This document shows, one piece after another, positions 47,101 through 59,300 of a DNA stretch of 64,000 nucleotides (position 1 is the first letter of the stretch; each line of letters begins with the position of its first letter). This DNA is from Azolla caroliniana (taxonomy: Eukaryota > Plantae > Polypodiophyta), in assembly GCA_043228905.1 (NCBI GenBank), contig JBHGNT010000020.1, positions 1,984,001 through 2,048,000 on the forward strand. Direction: 5' to 3'. Made by a program: the position numbers and the translations under genes. The notes beneath the pieces were generated by a model. The model saw only the letters and a list, made by a program, of their open reading frames with translations, made no database searches and was not told the origin of the DNA.

Positions 47101-48136
47101 TTGTGCCGGTCCCCACACATCCGAATGGATAAGATCAAGCTTGTTACGGCTTCGATTTCTTTCGGTGGGGAATGGAAGCCGATGTTGCTTCCCGAGTTGG
47201 CAGGTTTCACAAATCTGGTCTCTCCGGCCGCTAAACTTCGGCAAACCAAAAACGACTTCTTTCGTTTGTAGGTCTTGAAGCCTCCGGTAGTTGACGTGGC
47301 CGATCCACTTGTGCCATAGGTTGATATCCGACTCGACCTTCTGCCCTTTGGCGAACAGTGCGGTGCCGACGTCATTGGTGTTGAGGATAAACATCCTCCC
47401 ATCTTTGCGTCCTTGCGCAATAACTTCGCCCTCATCCTCAATGAAGCACCCGAGGTGCGTAAACCGCACCTGCATCCCCTGGTCGACGATTTGTCCGACC
47501 GACACCAGGTTCTTCGTGATCGTCGGAACATGTAATACATTCATCAGCTTCCCCCTCTGTCCAACGTGGCTCAAAGGGACTTCTCTGACGTGCACGATCG
47601 GGTGGGGAGTGTCGTCTCCGGTTTCGACAACTCCCGGTTGATCCGGCTTCTCCAAAAAGGAGAACCACTCCCTGTGGCTCGTCATGTGGTTCGATGCACC
47701 GGAGTCAACGTACCACACTTCCTCCAATTTGGAAGTGGTCTTCTTCATTGAGTTTGCCTTGTGCTTCATCACCAAGGCTGGCCCCTTACCGTTCTTGGAT
47801 CCTCCCGATCCGTTTGCGTAGTGCGAGTTCTGTCGGCCTTCCTTACCGGTCTTGCCGGATCCAAATTTGTCTGAATTGGCACGCTTTCTCCAACACTCGC
47901 TTTCCCTGTGGCCCTTCTTGCCACAGTAGCAGCATTCTGTAGCAGGTTTGTCTTGCCGGTCTCCGGCACCACTTTGACTCCCCCTACTTGTGGAAGTCCC
48001 GGAACTGTTGTCGGCACGCTCACTGTGCCTTCGTTCCTGCTCTTGCAGGCCGCCTCCATTGCGTGCCGACCTGCCTCGTCCACCACGCCCGCAGGACCGA
48101 TCCGCTCCCGTGTACAGCATCCAGCTGTCTGGGGAT
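44164..48136 (-). pseudogene. gag-pol: gag C-terminus and pol of B2
   Basis: CCYCGKKGHRESEC, WYVDSGAS, HSDVWGP, LYVDDL and HARTKHIEVH motifs in ORFs 46717-48159, 46306-46698, 45583-46197, 45058-45567 and 44164-44871. Confidence 0.92.
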
Positions 48137-48866
48137 GCACTTGTTACGGGCATGACCATATAATATCCCGTGGTGAGAATTGTCGTAGTATTCTATACAC
48201 GTGGATAAGTGTGAGGGTTAAACAAAGAGTCTAAAGAAGGGGAGGATTACTTTTAATCCTCGGGATTGAGACAACCCATGAGGCCAAGTGTGAACATGGC
48301 TGGGGGCCTTGAGAATTACTATAAATAAGAGGCCTAGCTACCCTCATTTGGGGCATGCATTGACTACGTCGAGACTCTGTCCGTGAGTGGAACGACTCTT
48401 GTAGCAAGCGCGCTATCGTCCAGGTACGACTCGACGCCAAGGCGGTGGTATGGGACGCCGATCGAGGCTCGAGTCCGTCTCGATCCCTTCGCTCGGGGGT
48501 GGTCGGGTGGATCGGCACCCTTCTTTCTCTCTTTTCTCTCTATTCTTTCTAGATCTATCATTGATATATCCTTATTTTATGCTTACTTTAGTACCTAATC
48601 TCTAATATTTGGTATCAGAGCCTATGTACTAACGTTTCTTTTGGTTTTCTTTTTGTCTTCGCGTGGGATGGCGATTGATCGTTGTGCGGTCGCCTTCATG
48701 CAGACAAGGATTAGCGAAAGAACTTCGGTAAATTTTCCTTAATTTTTTATCTAATTTTTCTTCTCCCTTCTATACATGTGTATACTTAATATGTAGTTTT
48801 TTTTTCATATATTCAATGATGTTGACGTGGTATTTAATTGGTTATCTTAAACGTTTACATATGTCC

Positions 48867-49110
48867 ACGAGGTCAATACCTCGTTTGACATATAAATCAT
48901 ATGTGATGAGTGTCGTATGCGTACGAGGTTACTACCTCAATTGCGTATTACGTTCACGAACATATGTTACGTTCGCGTACGAGGTCAATACCTCGCTTCG
49001 TTCGAAATGATATGCGTTGGATTTACTATGCGTAAGAGGTCAATACCTCAATTGCGAATTACGCTTAACCTTATTTTCGGATGTTTCGTGTGCGTAGAGG
49101 TATATGCCTC
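48867..49110. repeat. Five regularly spaced hairpins GAGGT-N4-ACCTC in the 5' leader of F
   Basis: Cores start at 48869, 48925, 48981, 49036 and 49097. Confidence 0.88.
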
Positions 49111-50305
49111 GATTACGTATCCCGAATACATCATTGTTGGCTATATAAAAAAAACGATTCATTTAGTATACGCATATGTGGTCACTTATATACGTCTCTG
49201 ATCGTATATATGTGATATATTGACATATGTGTATATTTTAGATTACGTGATTCATATCAAATGTTTTCCTAATTGGGGAGAGGATTTTGGTGGCCGTCCT
49301 CACATTTTTGTGAGAATGGCGTTGTCACCATCCCTTTTATCAACAATTTTTATTGTTGAAATTCCCGTTGGTCACTTTGATCTTTCGTTACGTAACGAAC
49401 CTCGTATAGCCAAAATGATGTTGAATACGTCGGGCTTGATCCACATCAAGTAGGGTCGCTCTAATGACACACGTATCCAACATCTCCCCTCGTTACATGG
49501 ATACGATGCCACCATGAGCTCGTTCTTACGAGCGCCATTCGTAATGACGTGACCATGTGATGGGCCACATGAGCCTACGAAGACACAAGGGCTCATTCGG
49601 CTTGACCATTAGGTTACACTTTGGCATATGCCATTGTACTTACGAGGCTTGAGGGTAGGTAGCGTACAACCATAGTGGGTAATAAATGAGGGAGAAATAA
49701 GGCCACTTGACCTATATGTTTCTTTTAAAAAAAACATATAGGGGCAAATGCCTCGCATATCTCGAATCCGCCTCAAACATTAAACATTCAAGACGCGCAA
49801 TCTACTTGGTTGGCTCAAGTGTTTAATGTATTTGTCCTCGAGGTCTCGAGTTCAAATATGACCAACACCATACAACATCGTTGATACATATGACTATAAT
49901 ACATGTTTAGACTTTAGGTCTAAGTGCACTTCGGGGTCCTCGTAATAGGACTTAAAGAGCCGAAACCACATATGTGGGCACAGAAACATAGTTATTGTTA
50001 ACATTTTTTTCGTGTATAAACTATTCATGACGCGAACATACATGGTTGAGCCTCGGGGAGCCGCCATGAAAAAAATCGATATAGAGATCAGGGAAAGGCA
50101 TTCATTTGTCACCCCCATGGTTTTTAAAACACCTCTGTGTTACCATAGTAACCTGATCTTGAACCTCATCTCATACGTCTAGAGGGGTATTGACGTGAGA
50201 TCATGATATCGATTAATGTTTGCCCATGATATGTTTACACCACGACAAGATGTTATGACTATTTGTCTGACCTTATTTTATTTCTTTGCCAGAAATAATC
50301 ATTCA

Positions 50306-51196
50306 ATGGCTCAGAATAACGACCCGATGCCCTCCGCTCAAGCGGAAAGACCTCAAGGAAATCCTCCTGGGACAATGTCCATTGAGGCGTATATTTTACA
50401 AGTACAACATTTCCTTCGTTCAACCGCGCAACAGTTGACCGAATTTCGGCAATCTCAAAGTGCTCTCGAGGCACGAGTCATTAGTCTCCAAAATGAGATT
50501 AATAGACCTGATGAGCGTCAGGGTGAACCATCATTTGTCGTAAAGCCATTTACGGGAGATAAAAAGGAAAGAACCGAAGAAGCAATCTGCACGTGGCTGG
50601 GCCGATGGGAGTCTCATTTTGAGCTCTATCCCACGCCAGATAGTACGAAGATTGCATATGTCGGCCGAGAACTAGGGGGTAAGGCCGCCGCTTGGTGGCG
50701 TGGGCTCCGAACTTTGGGGAGATTGCCCGAGACCTGGACAGACTTTGTCACAGTTTTCAAGGGTCAATTTCTACAACCTCCCTCTCGAACCGAGGCAGCA
50801 CAAGCTTTAATGAACCTCTCTAGCAGGAAGTTTTCCTCGCTAGAAGATTATGTCCACCATGCTAGAACCCAAATCCAAAAATCGGGTCTAGAAGGGGACA
50901 ATTGGTTAATAGCTTGTTTTGTCAATGGCATCCCCAATTCGGACTATCACTGGATAGTGCACGATAAGGATCCAAAATCCTTCGAAGAGGCCGTTGAGAT
51001 AGTTCTTCGCTATCAACGCACTTCGAAGAAGGACCATAACAAACCCAACGAAGCGCCCGGGACTAAGCAGTCGCAATTCGTTGGGAAACGCAAGACACCC
51101 AACGAATTCATGGATCGCGATTATAAGCGACAACATCCTTTTTGCGTATTCTGCAAAAAGAAGGGTCATACAAAAGAGCAATGTCGTAAGCTCTAA
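50306..51196 (+). CDS. gag: Gag of chromovirus F
   Basis: Retrotrans_gag-like LGGKAAAWW...TWTDFVTVFKGQF and terminal knuckle CVFCKKKGHTKEQC. ATG 50306 is the likely start. Confidence 0.9.
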   Translation: MAQNNDPMPSAQAERPQGNPPGTMSIEAYILQVQHFLRSTAQQLTEFRQSQSALEARVISLQNEINRPDERQGEPSFVVKPFTGDKKERTEEAICTWLGRWESHFELYPTPDSTKIAYVGRELGGKAAAWWRGLRTLGRLPETWTDFVTVFKGQFLQPPSRTEAAQALMNLSSRKFSSLEDYVHHARTQIQKSGLEGDNWLIACFVNGIPNSDYHWIVHDKDPKSFEEAVEIVLRYQRTSKKDHNKPNEAPGTKQSQFVGKRKTPNEFMDRDYKRQHPFCVFCKKKGHTKEQCRKL

Positions 51197-54100
51197 CGGA
51201 AAGAGCACGACGCCAAACCTAAAGCTACAGATCATAAAGGTCAGATTCCTAATGTCCTTCAGGTCTATACACATCATTTGAGTAATTGTCAATGTTCTTT
51301 CCCTCATTATGTATTGGGTCCCAATGATTTACTACGTGCAAACGGGTATATCAATGGATCTCCCGTACAATTTTTATTTGATTCGGGAAGCTCACACAAT
51401 TTTGTGAATGATCGTTTGGTACAGATATGGGGAATCCAACCCACCGTAAGTGATCACACCTACACGGTGCACTTGGCTGATGGAAGAGTACAACACATCA
51501 ACGGGGCGATTCATTCTTTAGGAATTTCTATTGATACCTATATAGAGGAAGTAGACTTCCATGTAATGAATCTTAGTACCACCGATGTAATACTGGGTTA
51601 TCCCTGGTTTTATAATAAAAGCTCTTCTTTATTTATTGATTGGGTTCGCCATTCCATTTCTTTTGTACTCAACGATTGTACGCATTTTATTCAATGTGTA
51701 ACAAAACAATCCCTCTCGATTGTTTCCTCGTGTCCATCAATATCCGAGTTGTCTTGTTCTACGTTATTTTATTGTGTACTTGATCCGGACATTCACGTTT
51801 ACAATATCGATAATGTCTCGGGTCAATTAACATATTTTGAACAAAAACAACTTGATGAAATCGTAAACGATTTTCGTGATGTTTTTCCGAGTGAACTACC
51901 CGATGGTTTACCTCCTAAACGTAATATAGACCATCGTATAGATATTGTACCTGGCATTGCACCCATTAGTATACCTCCGTATCGCCTAAGTCGATCTGAA
52001 GAGGATGAGGTAGCTAAGCAACTTAAGGACTATTTACGAATGGGTTATATACGTTATAGTAAATCTCCATGGGGTGCACCAGTTCTCTTGGTTAAAAAGA
52101 AAGAGGGCACATGGCGTATGTGTATTAATTACCGACGCTTGAATAAAGTGACGATCAAGAATTCGTACCCATTGCCCCGGGCTGACGATCTAATTGACCG
52201 TCTCCAGGGAGCTCGGTATTTTACGAAACTTGATCTCCGTACTGGCTACCATCAAATACGAATAAGTGAGGACGATGTTCCTAAAACAGCATTTCGTACG
52301 CGCTACGGCCATTATGAGTTTTTGGTTATGCCTTTTGGTTTGACCAATGCTCCGGCTACATTTCAACAAGAAATGAATGACATTTTTCGAGAACAACTTG
52401 GAAAATTTGTCGTTATCTTCTTAGATGATATTTTAGTTTATAGCCGTACATTACAAGAACATGCTAGACATGTCCGCTTTGTTTTACAAATATTGCGTGA
52501 CAAACAATTTTACGCGAAGATCTCAAAATGTGAGTTCTTCAAGAAATCAATTACTTATCTTGGACATCTCATAACCGAACGAGGAGTTGAAATTGATCCT
52601 TCTCGCATCGAGAAAATCAAGCTTTGGCCCACTCTTCGGAATATTCGAGAAGTTCGATCATTCCTTGGTTTTGTCGGATTTTTGCGAAAATCTCTTCGTA
52701 ATTACTCACAATTGACGACGCCGTTTACTGATCTTCTAAAAGGTCAAACGCGTAAGTCTACAAAACCTATTGTGTGGAATGCTACACTAGACCTCGCCTT
52801 TAAGGAACTCAAGGACTTGGTATGCAAGGCTCCTTCACTTCTTTTACCCGATCCTTCAAAACCTTTTGAGGTTGAAACCGACGCAAGCGATTATGCTATA
52901 GGTGCTGTCTTGTATCAAGATGGTAAACCAATAGCATTCGAGAGTAAGAAACTTGATTCTGCCCAATGTCGGTATACCGTTCAAGAAAAGGAATTATTTG
53001 CGGTTATACATGCGCTCAAAACATGGCGCCATTATCTTTATGGAAATCGCTTTGTGGTAACTACGGACCACGAGTCCTTGAAATATTTTTGTGACCAACA
53101 AGACCTGAAAGGTCGTAAGGCACGATGGGCTGATCTCATCCAGGACTTTGATTTTTCCATACGATATCGTAAAGGTTCCATGAATACTGTCGCTGATGCA
53201 CTAAGTCGCATCCGTGAAGTTAACATGCTTAGCTTCACTGAAATAACATCAGATCTTTATGATCACCTTCGAGGAAAGTATCCTGATGACAATTATTTTG
53301 CAAAATACTGGGCAAGAGTCGAGTCTGGAACAGACACCACCACACCCTCGAAGGAATACTTCCACATTGCTAACGGTCTGCTCTACCGTAATGGGAAGGT
53401 TTGTGTTCCAGATTTACCTGAGGTCAAAAAGAGAATTCTTTTTGAATGCCATGATGCACCCTCAGCAGGGCACCCTGGAATACATCGTACACTCGTTCTC
53501 ATCTCCACTCAATTTTATTGGCCTAAGATGCGTCCTGACATACATAGCTATGTGACTAAATGTCACCAATGTCAGGTTAACAAAGCCGAGCGACTTAAAG
53601 CCGCAGGACTTTTACATCCCTTGGACATTCCCAATAATAAGTGGGAAAGTATATCCATGGATTTTATTGTTAGCCTTCCTCGCACCCAAAAAGGTCATGA
53701 TGCCATATGGGTTGTGGTTGACAGACTAACTAAAATGGCCAGATTTATTGCTACTAAAACCACGGTAACAGCTCCTGAATTGACTTACCAATTCGTTGAT
53801 GAGTTATTTCGTTTTTACGGGTTACCGATGGATATCGTGAGTGACCGAGATCCGAAGTTTACTAGTGACTTCTGGACGCAAGTCTTTAAGAAGTTAGAAA
53901 CTACGTTGAGCATGAGCTCCACGGATCATCCTCAATCCGATGGACAGACAGAACGAGTAAATCAAATTATTGAGGACATGCTTCGAGCATACGTTGGTGC
54001 AAAACCAACAAAATGGGAACGTTACCTCCCAATTTTGGAGTTTGCTTATAACAGCTCCAAGCATACGTCGACGGGATATAGTCCTTTTATGTTGATGTAT

Positions 54101-54739
54101 GGATTTCAGCCACGAGCCCCGATTGATGTTAATATACATCATGATGAGTTGCGAAGTACGCAAAACTTTCTTCGGGATATGCAAGATATGTTGCATATTG
54201 CACGGGATAATATAAAAACAGCTCAAGATAGAGCGCGTTTTTATGCCGATCATCACAGGCAACCTCGTGTATTCAGCCCTGGACAGAAGGTATTTTTACG
54301 TGTACCTCACAATTCTACGACATTGTCTACGGGTAAGTGCGCTAAGTTAGCCCCACGGTTTTGTGGACCTTTTACAGTCCTCAAACGCATTGGATCATCA
54401 GCCTATCGTCTCGCTCTTCCCGATGGTGTTGGAATCCATCCAGTCTTTCATGTAAGTCGTCTAAAAGAACTTCTAGGTTCTGGCGACAATACAGTTACAA
54501 CTGAAACTCTGGTTACTTCTGAAGATTTATCTTCTAAACCACATGTACCAGAAAGAATTCTCGATGTTAAAACAAAAAAATTACGTGCTAAGGAAATCCG
54601 AGAATTTAAAATAAAATGGATGGATAAATCAATCAAAGATGCCACATGGGAACGCGAAACGACTCTAAGAACTAACTTCCCTAACTTTCCATTGCAAGAG
54701 TGCAATGTTTTAAAGAGGGGGAGTATGTTACGGGCATGA
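51197..54739 (+). CDS. pol: Pol of chromovirus F (PR-RT-RH-INT-chromodomain), in frame with gag
   Basis: FLFDSGS, IFLDD, ETDAS, SMDFI/SDRD, FCGPF, and chromodomain PERIL...IKW...DATWE; no internal stops. Confidence 0.95.
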   Translation, partial: RKEHDAKPKATDHKGQIPNVLQVYTHHLSNCQCSFPHYVLGPNDLLRANGYINGSPVQFLFDSGSSHNFVNDRLVQIWGIQPTVSDHTYTVHLADGRVQHINGAIHSLGISIDTYIEEVDFHVMNLSTTDVILGYPWFYNKSSSLFIDWVRHSISFVLNDCTHFIQCVTKQSLSIVSSCPSISELSCSTLFYCVLDPDIHVYNIDNVSGQLTYFEQKQLDEIVNDFRDVFPSELPDGLPPKRNIDHRIDIVPGIAPISIPPYRLSRSEEDEVAKQLKDYLRMGYIRYSKSPWGAPVLLVKKKEGTWRMCINYRRLNKVTIKNSYPLPRADDLIDRLQGARYFTKLDLRTGYHQIRISEDDVPKTAFRTRYGHYEFLVMPFGLTNAPATFQQEMNDIFREQLGKFVVIFLDDILVYSRTLQEHARHVRFVLQILRDKQFYAKISKCEFFKKSITYLGHLITERGVEIDPSRIEKIKLWPTLRNIREVRSFLGFVGFLRKSLRNYSQLTTPFTDLLKGQTRKSTKPIVWNATLDLAFKELKDLVCKAPSLLLPDPSKPFEVETDASDYAIGAVLYQDGKPIAFESKKLDSAQCRYTVQEKELFAVIHALKTWRHYLYGNRFVVTTDHESLKYFCDQQDLKGRKARWADLIQDFDFSIRYRKGSMNTVADALSRIREVNMLSFTEITSDLYDHLRGKYPDDNYFAKYWARVESGTDTTTPSKEYFHIANGLLYRNGKVCVPDLPEVKKRILFECHDAPSAGHPGIHRTLVLISTQFYWPKMRPDIHSYVTKCHQCQVNKAERLKAAGLLHPLDIPNNKWESISMDFIVSLPRTQKGHDAIWVVVDRLTKMARFIATKTTVTAPELTYQFVDELFRFYGLPMDIVSDRDPKFTSDFWTQVFKKLETTLSMSSTDHPQSDGQTERVNQIIEDMLRAYVGAKPTKWERYLPILEFAYNSSKHTSTGYSPFMLMYGFQPRAPIDVNIHHDELRSTQNFLRDMQDMLHIARDNIKTAQDRARFYADHHRQPRVFSPGQKVFLRVPHNSTTLSTGKCAKLAPRFCGPFTVLKRIGSSAYRLALPDGVGIHPVFHVSRLKELLGSGDNTVTTETLVTSEDLSSKPHVPERILDVKTKKLRAKEIREFKIKWMDKSIKDATWERETTLRTNFPNFPLQECNVLKRGSMLRA

Positions 54740-55196
54740 CCATATAATATCCCGTGGTGAGAATTGTCGTAGTATTCTATACACGTGGATAAGTGTGAGG
54801 GTTAAACAAAGAGTCTAAAGAAGGGGAGGATTACTTTTAATCCTCGGGATTGAGACAACCCATGAGGCCAAGTGTGAACATGGCTGGGGGCCTTGAGAAT
54901 TACTATAAATAAGAGGCCTAGCTACCCTCATTTGGGGCATGCATTGACTACGTCGAGACTCTGTCCGTGAGTGGAACGACTCTTGTAGCAAGCGCGCTAT
55001 CGTCCAAGTACGACTCGACGCCAAGGCGGTGGTATGGGACGCCGATCGAGGCTCGAGTCCGTCTCGATCCCTTCGCTCGGGGGTGGTCGGGTGGATCGGC
55101 ACCCTTCTTTCTCTCTTTTCTCTCTATTCTTTCTAGATCTATCATTGATATATCCTTATTTTATGCTTACTTTAGTACCTAATCTCTAATAGCACT

Positions 55197-55823
55197 GGTA
55201 GATGCACCGGCGTGGTTCTCCTCTACAAGGAGCATCGACTGTAAGTCGAAAAATGAGGGCGTATTCTCCCTTGTACAAACCGCAGTCTGGAAAGCTCCGA
55301 ACTTCGACGCCAGACCTCCAAGACAAACCTGCACCATCTCGTCTTCCTCTACGGTGACGTTAATAGAGGCAAGCGAGTCACAGATCCCTTTGATCCGGTC
55401 TGTGTAATCTGCCACCGACATGTTCTTCTGTCGAACATTGCTCAACTCCTATCTGAGTTGCAGCTTCCGGGTAGTGGTGCTTGCGGCGAAGACCTTTTTC
55501 AAGTTTCCCCAAGCATCCTTCGGTGTCTTGGCGTCACGGATATGGCTGAGCAGCTGGTCATCGACACTGGACGTGAAGCAGTACATCACCCTGCTTGCCG
55601 CTTGTTCCCACACTGGGAAGTCCTTGTGTGTCGTCTCCAGTGCTGAGTCGTTCACTCTGTCGACATAGCTCCAGTAGCCATGCCCAAGCAGGTACTGGTG
55701 CATCTTGTATGACCAAGAAGCGTAGTTGGTTTTGTCGAGCTTCTCCACCGGGAGCGACGTAGCCATACCTCTGTCCATTTCTCCTTTTGTGTCTGTTTTC
55801 CGATCTGTTAGGGTTTCCTTCAC
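55197..55823 (-). pseudogene. gag: gag N-terminal part of B2
   Basis: LPVEKLDKTNYASWSYKMHQYL; stop at 55449; cut by F. Confidence 0.88.
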
Positions 55824-55908
55824 AAGCGTAGATGTCTGCAGTAGAGGTTCTCAACCCACGCACTCTGATACCATGTGAAAGATTGCTTGCGGAAGCGTTA
55901 GAAAGAAC

Positions 55909-55939
<31 letters not shown>

Positions 55940-56256
55940 TACGCGGGAGAGACAGAGAGTGAGAGAGCAAAACACACTATTTTTTCAAAATTATATGAAT
56001 ACTCTGTGCTCCTCTTATTTTTACAACGCGCTCATCAACGCTATTTATACAAGTCCACACGGGACTGTTAGAAGTACGGTGTACTTCAATGCTCACACGA
56101 GCATCTGACACTAACTACGAGACTATAACTGCCTAGTAGTCTAACCTATACTAGGCTTCCAGTTACGGATTGGATCCGGCATACCGGTTCCTCTTGCTTA
56201 CCAGTCCTTACTGCTTCTTCAGCTGATCCGGCTACGGTTGGGCTTGCCGCTCAACA

Positions 56257-56955
56257 GTCTGGAGACTGAAGGAGGCGCTCGCCGCGGCACCGGCTCTCCG
56301 GAAAGCGGTTTATGACAAGGAAGTCTCGATTTATGTGACCGTGGACACGAGTCCGACTGGGATTGGATGGGTGATCAACGTAGAGGATGACGATGGTGCG
56401 AGGTTCCCCATCTGTTTCGGCGCGAAAGTCCTCAGTGAGCGACAACGAGGGTACGCCCAGGTTAAACACGAACTCTGGGGTATCGTTTCAGCAATCAAGG
56501 CCGATAAAGACTACCTAATCATGACCGAGGTGATAATCAAGACGGACTGCCTGCCGATTCTCGGCATGGTTTCCGGATGTGCGACACCGAACCTGGCAAT
56601 GCTCAGGTGGATAGCGTACATCAAGTCCTTGAATCCGGAATTACGACACATTTTTGGAAAAGATAATGCCATGGCCGATATGCTTTCAAGGGCGCGGTTC
56701 AGCGACGAGGACGACATGGTTTCAGATAACGAGGAAGTCGGCGTGAACTTCTTCAAGGCGGCTTACATAACAACAAGAAAGGGGAGCACTCCGGCGCTTA
56801 ACGGATTCGACAAGAGCAAGTACGACAGGGAGTGGCTCCAGATCGGCGGGTTCCTAAAGACAATCACACCGGACGCAGCGTGGAAGAAGGAAGAGACCAA
56901 CCGGATTCGGAAGAAAGCGTACTGATTCTTCCTACGAGACGGGAGCATATGGAAA
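56257..56955 (+). pseudogene. pol: D'' piece 4: RNase H, ending at a deletion junction
   Basis: VTVDTSPTGIG, GYAQVKHELWG, TDCLPI, NAMADMLSR; frame continues from 43505 (ESV|RRLKEAL). Confidence 0.85.
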
Positions 56956-58315
56956 TGCCAACAGTTCTTCTGGAAGTGCCCCGGCTTGCCGCAATAGAAG
57001 CAAGTGGGCCTCCCCCTTGACTTTGACCGTGTCCCCGACTTTTCCCGGTTCTGGGGACTCCGATTCCTTTGTCTTTTGCATTCTGATTCAGTAAGGAGGG
57101 CTTTGGCGTCGGAGATCACCTCCTTGTCTTTCTGACGCGCCTCCTCATCTATCAAGCTCAACTTGACTCTTGCTAGGGATAGTTGTTTTCCTTCCGTCCC
57201 GGCGTTGCCCAATGTGACAACTAACGTCTCCCAGCTATCCGGGAGGGAACCAAGCAGGAGTAGAGCAAGTACCTCATCGGCGAGAGGTACTTCCAACGAC
57301 GTTGCTTGGTGTATCAGCCCCTGGAAGGCATTCATGTGCTCCACCGTACTGGAGCCGTCTTGGTACCAGAGCCTCACTAGCTTCCGAAATACCGAAACCG
57401 TATTAACGGCATTCTTGTTCTGGAACATGATGTCGATCTTCTCCCAGAGTTCATGAGCCTTGCTCTCTTCATTGGAGTTGTTGTACAGGCTCATGTTGAT
57501 GAAGCACCAGATGTATACCCTCGTCTTCATGTGCATCACCTCCCACACTGTGGCGTCAATCTTATCCGGTCTCCTGTCCCCGAACTGAACCGGCAACGAA
57601 AGATCTTCAACCACCAGCATGTCCCTCATCTTCGACTTCCACACTGAGTAGTTGGAGCCGGTGAGCTTGAACATGCCGCCGTAAGATTCTTCCATTTTGT
57701 GTGTTGTTCACTTTGATACCAGATTGAAGAGAAATGCACGGAATATCGCTCGGCCACAACCTAGTAATAAATCACTTCTATAAGAATCAAACACAGAAAT
57801 GGGAAGTGGAGAGTACACAAGAAAATGACACAGGATGTTTACGTGGACAACCCTAATAGGGAAAACCCACGGGAGCCCACAGACTCCGAACTATCACTAT
57901 GAAGAGAAGGGGTACAATCAAAGACTCTGAGGCAACGACCTCGAGCTCTATTTCTTCGCACAGTGGCGGTTACAACAAAGTATCGCTTTGTATCTCTCTC
58001 TCACACACACTCTCTCTCTATACAACAGTTACAGCAATATGACAACAACACAATCACACACTAAAGTGATTGCCCTAAGTCATATTTATAGTTATATGAA
58101 CTTAGGGATATTTACAAATATAGCCTCAATGGGCTTATTCAAGACATATTTACAATTCTATCTTCTCTTCTGGTTCTCACCGAGTCCACCGATCCGGTTT
58201 CCGGATCTCTTCCGGTTCTCACCGGGTCTCCTCCGGTTTCCGGATCTCTTCCTCTTCTCACCGGGTCCTCTTTATTCATCACCGGATCCCATCCGGAGAG
58301 ACGGATTTCCCAACA
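56951..58315 (-). mobile_element. 5' fragment of Copia family A copy A4 (LTR 57725-58315, degenerate PBS, gag 56951-57695)
   Basis: gag of the A3 type (MEESYGGMFKLTGSNY); ACTTTGATACCA PBS at about 57710-57721; LTR ends CCCAACA. Confidence 0.88.
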
Positions 58316-59300
58316 ATCCCCTATGCCTCATCAGTCGGAAGCCTAATGTTTGCGATGGTATGTACCATGCCGGACATCGGATACACAATCGGATTCATCA
58401 ACCGATACATGAGCAATCCGGGAAGAGAGCATTGGGCTACAATAAAGTGGATTCTCCGGTACCTGAGGGGCACCTCGAGCGTGTGTCTCCAATTCGGCTC
58501 AAGTAACCCCATATTAGAAGGTTTTATTGACTCAAACATGTTGCATGATGTGGATACCAGCAGGTCCACATCTGGGCATGTAATGACATATGCAAGGGGA
58601 GCCGTCTCGTGGCAATCAAGGTTGCAGAAGGTTGTGGCACTATCGACCACATAAGCGGAGTACATGATTGTTGTAGAAGCCGACAAGGAGATAATTTGGA
58701 TGAAGGACTTCATCGGTGAGTTGGGGATTCGGCAAGAGAAATTCTGACTCTACTGCGACAACCAAAGTGTCATTCACCTCGCAAAGAATGCCGCCTACCA
58801 CTTCAGGACTAAGCATATCCAGAGGAGATACCATTAGTTTAGAGAGAGGGTAAAAGAAAAGGATTTTGCTCTGGTGAATATCCACATGGAGGCAAATGGA
58901 TTGGAGATGCTGAGTAAGGTGCTATCAAGAGAGAAGTTGAACACGTGCCGCCTGTATGGGGTGCTTCGGACATGCTAACGAAGGTGCTATTGGGAGAGAA
59001 GTCGAACGCGTGTTGGCAAAGGGTCAGACTGACAAAGCACCCCATACCGGAGTGAATGGGGAGTTTCTTAGGAAATAGGTCTCTCCGAATCGGATGAGCA
59101 CGACCCGGATTGGAGTTCGAAGCCTAAGAACCGGACCGGATGGGTCCAAAAGAGATAGAGACGGGGCACAAAGCCAAACCAACTTAAAGGCATTCGGTCG
59201 AATCCGAAGAGGTATCCGGAAGTAAACTTATTTGTAAATATGTTTTGGTGTGCCTAAGATAGGCCATATTTGTAAATAGCCCATAGTATGTATTAGTATA
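58316..59300 (+). mobile_element. 3' fragment of Copia family A copy A5 (RT end, RNase H, PPT about 59054-59063, start of 3' LTR from about 59066)
   Basis: IPYASSVGSLMFAMVCT...VSWQSRLQKVVALSTT; degenerate LTR start resembling 4626. Confidence 0.8.

Larger units (their letters stand above)
48142..55191 (+). mobile_element. Ty3/Gypsy chromovirus F, very young and near-intact
   Basis: 466-bp LTRs at 48142-48607 and 54726-55191 (one difference seen). TSD GCACT at 48137-48141 and 55192-55196. Met PBS 48610-48622; PPT about 54712-54723. Confidence 0.96.
43506..56256 (-). mobile_element. Copia family B copy B2 (full length), host of F
   Basis: LTRs 43506-43878 and 55874-56256; PBS 55862-55873; PPT 43879-43890; TSD GTCCA/GTCTG (inferred ancestral GTCCG). 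Confidence 0.93.

Noticed and set aside
48867-49110. True CRISPR array
   Set aside because: Eukaryotic retroelement context, 14-bp degenerate repeats, related spacers and no cas genes.
56763-57695. 310-aa complete Gag
   Set aside because: The C-terminal ~60 aa are antisense D'' RNase H region beyond the deletion junction.
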